Shown piece by piece: positions 49,465 through 52,808 of a stretch of DNA of 52,808 nt. Below the pieces are notes generated by a model that had not been told where the DNA came from, made no database searches, and saw only the letters and a list, made by a program, of their open reading frames with translations. The stretch lies in the sequence record SRR20825006_1683; one strand, given 5' to 3'. The stretch's first letter is position 1, and the number at the start of each line of letters is the position of its first letter. The position numbers were made by a program, and so were the translations under genes.

Positions 49465-50007
49465 ATGGACGACAAAAAGATGATAGCTGCCCTTCAAACG
49501 GGAAATCGAGAGAAACCAATTAAACTCCTCTACAAGGAATACCCGAAAATTGAGCGATTAATTGTCAATAATGGACTTTCGAAGGAACATGCAAAGGAAA
49601 TTTTTAATGACAGTCTCATTTTACTCATCGAAAAAGTTCAATCCCCAGATTTCATACTTTCGGCAAAAATGACCACTTATTTGTACGGAATCAATCGCTT
49701 TTTGGCACAAAATGAACTAAAGAAACAACGCAGAAAAAAAGAAATTGAATGGAATGACGCTATTATTCTAGCGTCAGACGACTTCGACTACAATTCAGAA
49801 CAAGAAGACAAACTAAAGCGCATGGAGCATTTACTCACACAAATTTCTGAGAAGTGCCTGCAGATCTTTCGGTTGTTTTATTTCGAGAAAAAAGCGATGT
49901 CTCAAATAGCAGAAGAATTAGGATATACAAGCACAAATTCGGCAAAAACGCAAAAGTACAAATGCATCGAGCGCGCTTATCAATTATCAAATAACCAACC
50001 TAATTAA
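49465..50007 (+). CDS. ECF-type RNA polymerase sigma factor
   Basis: Region 2 (AKEIFNDSL...TYLYGI) and region 4 (IAEELGY...AKTQKYKC). Confidence 0.88.
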   Translation: MDDKKMIAALQTGNREKPIKLLYKEYPKIERLIVNNGLSKEHAKEIFNDSLILLIEKVQSPDFILSAKMTTYLYGINRFLAQNELKKQRRKKEIEWNDAIILASDDFDYNSEQEDKLKRMEHLLTQISEKCLQIFRLFYFEKKAMSQIAEELGYTSTNSAKTQKYKCIERAYQLSNNQPN

Positions 50008-50018
50008 ACTGAATCATT

Positions 50019-52643
50019 ATGAGATCTTCACTAGAAAACATTGAATTCGTTGAAACCTATTTAACCCTTCAACCAAATGCCCCTCAGTTCGAAGAAATGC
50101 AACAAACAATTGCCAATTCAAAAGAATTAACTGAGTTACTCGAGTTCCAACAGTTGCTGATGATATCAAGTCAACGAATAGCACTGAAAAAAGAAATCGA
50201 ACACTACGTCGGAAACAACAGCGGTTCATTCTTTGGTCGATTCAAAACAATTCTCCTCGGAGGATTATTGCTAATTGGAGCCGTGGCAACCATAATCACA
50301 CTTTTTTCGCAAAAATCGATCGAAAAACACGATTCAGCTGTAGAAAAAGGAAATAGTCTGGAAACCGATAATACGAGAACGTTCAACCCGATCGATCAAA
50401 ATCAGCCGTTGGATAAAAATCTCCCCATTTATCAAACCAGCGAACGAACCTCCTTTTCAAGCGACGCAGGATTATCCCCTTGGATTCCATTTAGAAAACA
50501 AATTTTTTCCCTCAATGCTGAGCGCGGAGGGACTTTAGAAGGTGAAGATGGAACTCTTGTTGTAATTCCCCAAAATGCCCTTATCGGTAAAAACGGAAAT
50601 CATGTAAAAGGAATGGTTGAAGCCGAACTCATTGAAGCAATAGATTGGGAAGACATGATCGTCTATAACTTAACTACCACGAACGGAGAAAAAGCACTTT
50701 CTTCAGGCGGAATGATACGGATTGAATTTGAGCAGAATGGGGAAAAATTATCTATTGATCACGAGCGCCCGCTGCACATAGAAATACCAACGGATAATTA
50801 CAATTCGGAGATGATGGCTTGGGAAGGAGTTCCAACAAAAGGTAAACTTGATTGGCAAAATCCAGTACCATTAAAAAAATACCTTACTGAAGTACCTCTT
50901 GAACTGCTCGATTTTCTGCCTGCTGGATTTGAAGACGAAGTTGCAACACTTCTTCCGTATAAAAATCACTCGTCACTTACCTCAAATTTGGTAGATAGTT
51001 TGTACTACGCCATTCTCGTTGATGGCGGGGAAAAAGATCAGGTTTCTTGGACACAAAATGATTTTCAGAGCTCATGTTACTTCAAAGTTCCCAAAAGGAA
51101 TGATCTCAACGGTCAACCCAAAGGACAACCAGCTGCATACTTAAAAGGAAAAGGATCTGTAACAGCAAAAATCGTCGATGAACAAGGACTTCCCATTTCT
51201 GGGATGAAGGTTAAACTCTATATGGATGGTTACCTCGAAAATCAAGAAATCGTAACTACGGATAAAAACGGTGATTTTACGTATGATCGTCTTTACGCTG
51301 GAAAAGTAACTATAAACGCTTCATTAAGCTCCTCGGGATTTAAAAACACACAATGGAAATACTGCGCAGTTAGTGATTTTGAATATCCGACACGCACTAA
51401 AAACTTCGTTCTTGATAAACCGATTGTAGCAAATTACAGCAGTCAATTCAACGCTATCTCCTCTGATATATCTCCAAGAAAAACGGGTGGATGCTTCATT
51501 GATCCATTGGCAATAAAAACACTAAAAACGTCTGAATTCCAGCATACATTTATCGCAACAAAGGAGTTTGAAGAGCGATTAAAAATCATGCACGCCTCCA
51601 AAAATGGTTCTGTTTTATTAGATGTTTATCTCAAAAACCTCACAAAAAATCTCTGGCAATGCGATCAACTCGCGAGTGAACTATTAACCGGATCAGAAAA
51701 AAAGCAATTCCAAGAATTCGCGAAACAGCGTTGGACAACAATTGAGAATCAAGCTATTTATCAAGACAAAATTTCCAACTACTACGCAGAAAAGCGCAAA
51801 GAATTCAGGGAGGACCAGCGAAAATTGAGTAATGAATATCAATCTAAAACAACCACAGAAATAACCCTGCTAAGAGATCAAATCACTTCACTTCAACAAA
51901 ACGAGGCCGCGCTAGCTGCTAACTTTGCAGAACAAAAAGGGCGTTCGAACCGAACTTCGAGGTTACCTATCAGTAAAAGTTCCATTCCACAAAATCTATC
52001 CACAAGAAATAGGAATGTAACGACAACGAACTCATACAAAGTAAGCTGGTATTCGTCAGCTTGGATGAACATAGATTGTTACCTTCAGAGACTGGGAAAT
52101 TCTCCGTGGATCGCCTCCATTACCGCCGATCGAAGCTCCAATCAGCTTACCGTTTATCAATGTATTCGCGAATTGAAAACACTTGTTGGATTGAATCAAG
52201 TAGATCATGTCTATAACGCTCAGTTCCCTCAAAAAAGCGATCCTTTAGAAACCTATTGCTTGGCGATTGACAAAAATGACGATCAACTGTTTTTTGATGC
52301 CCAACATTATACACCGACAGCTAATTCGAAGGTGAATCTGCAACTGAAACCTATTTCCTCTGATGATTTATACTCGGCCATTTCTAATCTTTCTCCTGCC
52401 GCGTCATGCCTAGCGCAACAACTTTTGGAAACAGAAGCCAGACTGACCATTGAACTTCGCATTAAGGAAAAACAAGGAGTTCTCGAAGAACAATTAAAAG
52501 CCAAAACGGATGAAATCTCACAGGAAAATGCGCGCTATAATCAATTGTATGATGTAATTAACAAATGTCCGACAGATGCGAAGACAGCCGCGGAATCGAA
52601 AGGTTATCTCATTCCTATACAGGTCAATCCCAAACAATTTTAA
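50019..52643 (+). CDS. Large single-TM protein, probable anti-sigma factor or sensor
   Basis: Starts 11 nt after the ECF stop; short cytoplasmic N-terminus (IEFVETYL); TM near aa 78-96; long exported part with a carboxypeptidase-regulatory-like segment and coiled coils. Confidence 0.7.
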   Translation: MRSSLENIEFVETYLTLQPNAPQFEEMQQTIANSKELTELLEFQQLLMISSQRIALKKEIEHYVGNNSGSFFGRFKTILLGGLLLIGAVATIITLFSQKSIEKHDSAVEKGNSLETDNTRTFNPIDQNQPLDKNLPIYQTSERTSFSSDAGLSPWIPFRKQIFSLNAERGGTLEGEDGTLVVIPQNALIGKNGNHVKGMVEAELIEAIDWEDMIVYNLTTTNGEKALSSGGMIRIEFEQNGEKLSIDHERPLHIEIPTDNYNSEMMAWEGVPTKGKLDWQNPVPLKKYLTEVPLELLDFLPAGFEDEVATLLPYKNHSSLTSNLVDSLYYAILVDGGEKDQVSWTQNDFQSSCYFKVPKRNDLNGQPKGQPAAYLKGKGSVTAKIVDEQGLPISGMKVKLYMDGYLENQEIVTTDKNGDFTYDRLYAGKVTINASLSSSGFKNTQWKYCAVSDFEYPTRTKNFVLDKPIVANYSSQFNAISSDISPRKTGGCFIDPLAIKTLKTSEFQHTFIATKEFEERLKIMHASKNGSVLLDVYLKNLTKNLWQCDQLASELLTGSEKKQFQEFAKQRWTTIENQAIYQDKISNYYAEKRKEFREDQRKLSNEYQSKTTTEITLLRDQITSLQQNEAALAANFAEQKGRSNRTSRLPISKSSIPQNLSTRNRNVTTTNSYKVSWYSSAWMNIDCYLQRLGNSPWIASITADRSSNQLTVYQCIRELKTLVGLNQVDHVYNAQFPQKSDPLETYCLAIDKNDDQLFFDAQHYTPTANSKVNLQLKPISSDDLYSAISNLSPAASCLAQQLLETEARLTIELRIKEKQGVLEEQLKAKTDEISQENARYNQLYDVINKCPTDAKTAAESKGYLIPIQVNPKQF

Positions 52644-52663
52644 CAACCGACCAATTCACGACT

Positions 52664-52699
52664 AAGAGTCCTGCGAAATTCGTAGGGCTTTTGGTTTTT
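52664..52699 (+). terminator. Rho-independent terminator
   Basis: AAGAGTCCTGCGAA-a-TTCGTAGGGCTTTT followed by GGTTTTT. Confidence 0.7.
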
Positions 52700-52808
52700 G
52701 AAGGTAGTCACCGCTTCGCAGTAGCTATGCTGCTGCATTCTTAGAAAACCCAGTACAGCGTCTAACATAGTAATTACGTCTAATTTTGTTAACGCAGGAT
52801 TACAAATC

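Noticed and set aside
52711-52808. GCAGTAGC-tat-GCTGCTGC hairpin and nearby CTAAC, resembling a REP or cassette repeat
   Set aside because: Single copy at the window edge; repetition cannot be shown.
1-52808. CRISPR arrays, tRNA/rRNA genes, transposases, integrases, phage or defence genes
   Set aside because: No regularly spaced repeats, RNA gene signatures or relevant protein motifs seen; intergenic gaps are short and mostly explained.

Overview
Chromosomal segment of a low-GC Bacteroidota bacterium; gene content, TAnnTTTG promoters and a T9SS tail point to Flavobacteriales, probably Crocinitomicaceae/Fluviicola-like (inference). The housekeeping backbone is queA-truB-uppP-DUF3098-ftsX, pepA-pdxA, yceD-rpmF-plsX-fabH-accBC, ygiQ, prs-rplY, cvpA, yceI, rseP, queG and ruvB. 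Accessory modules: (1) a hydroxyproline catabolic operon with a divergent AraC regulator; (2) a four-gene cassette encoding a small protein ending in PCPxxC, a ~7-TM protein, a sensor-less HisKA_3 kinase and a LuxR regulator, divergent from a stand-alone C2-like protein; this is the best candidate for an undescribed (peptide/quorum-type) signalling system; (3) a signal-peptide-bearing TNT-family NAD glycohydrolase followed by a CxxC protein that may provide immunity; (4) a DUF1800/DUF1501 pair in which DUF1501 has both Tat and T9SS signals; (5) a sigma54 phosphorelay with candidate enhancers and an IHF site; (6) an ECF sigma/large anti-sigma pair. Two gene remnants are largely missed by the ORF track. 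No rRNA, tRNA, CRISPR array or transposase was recognised. All calls come from motif recognition by eye, with no database search; several start codons were moved from the ORF track to likelier ATGs.
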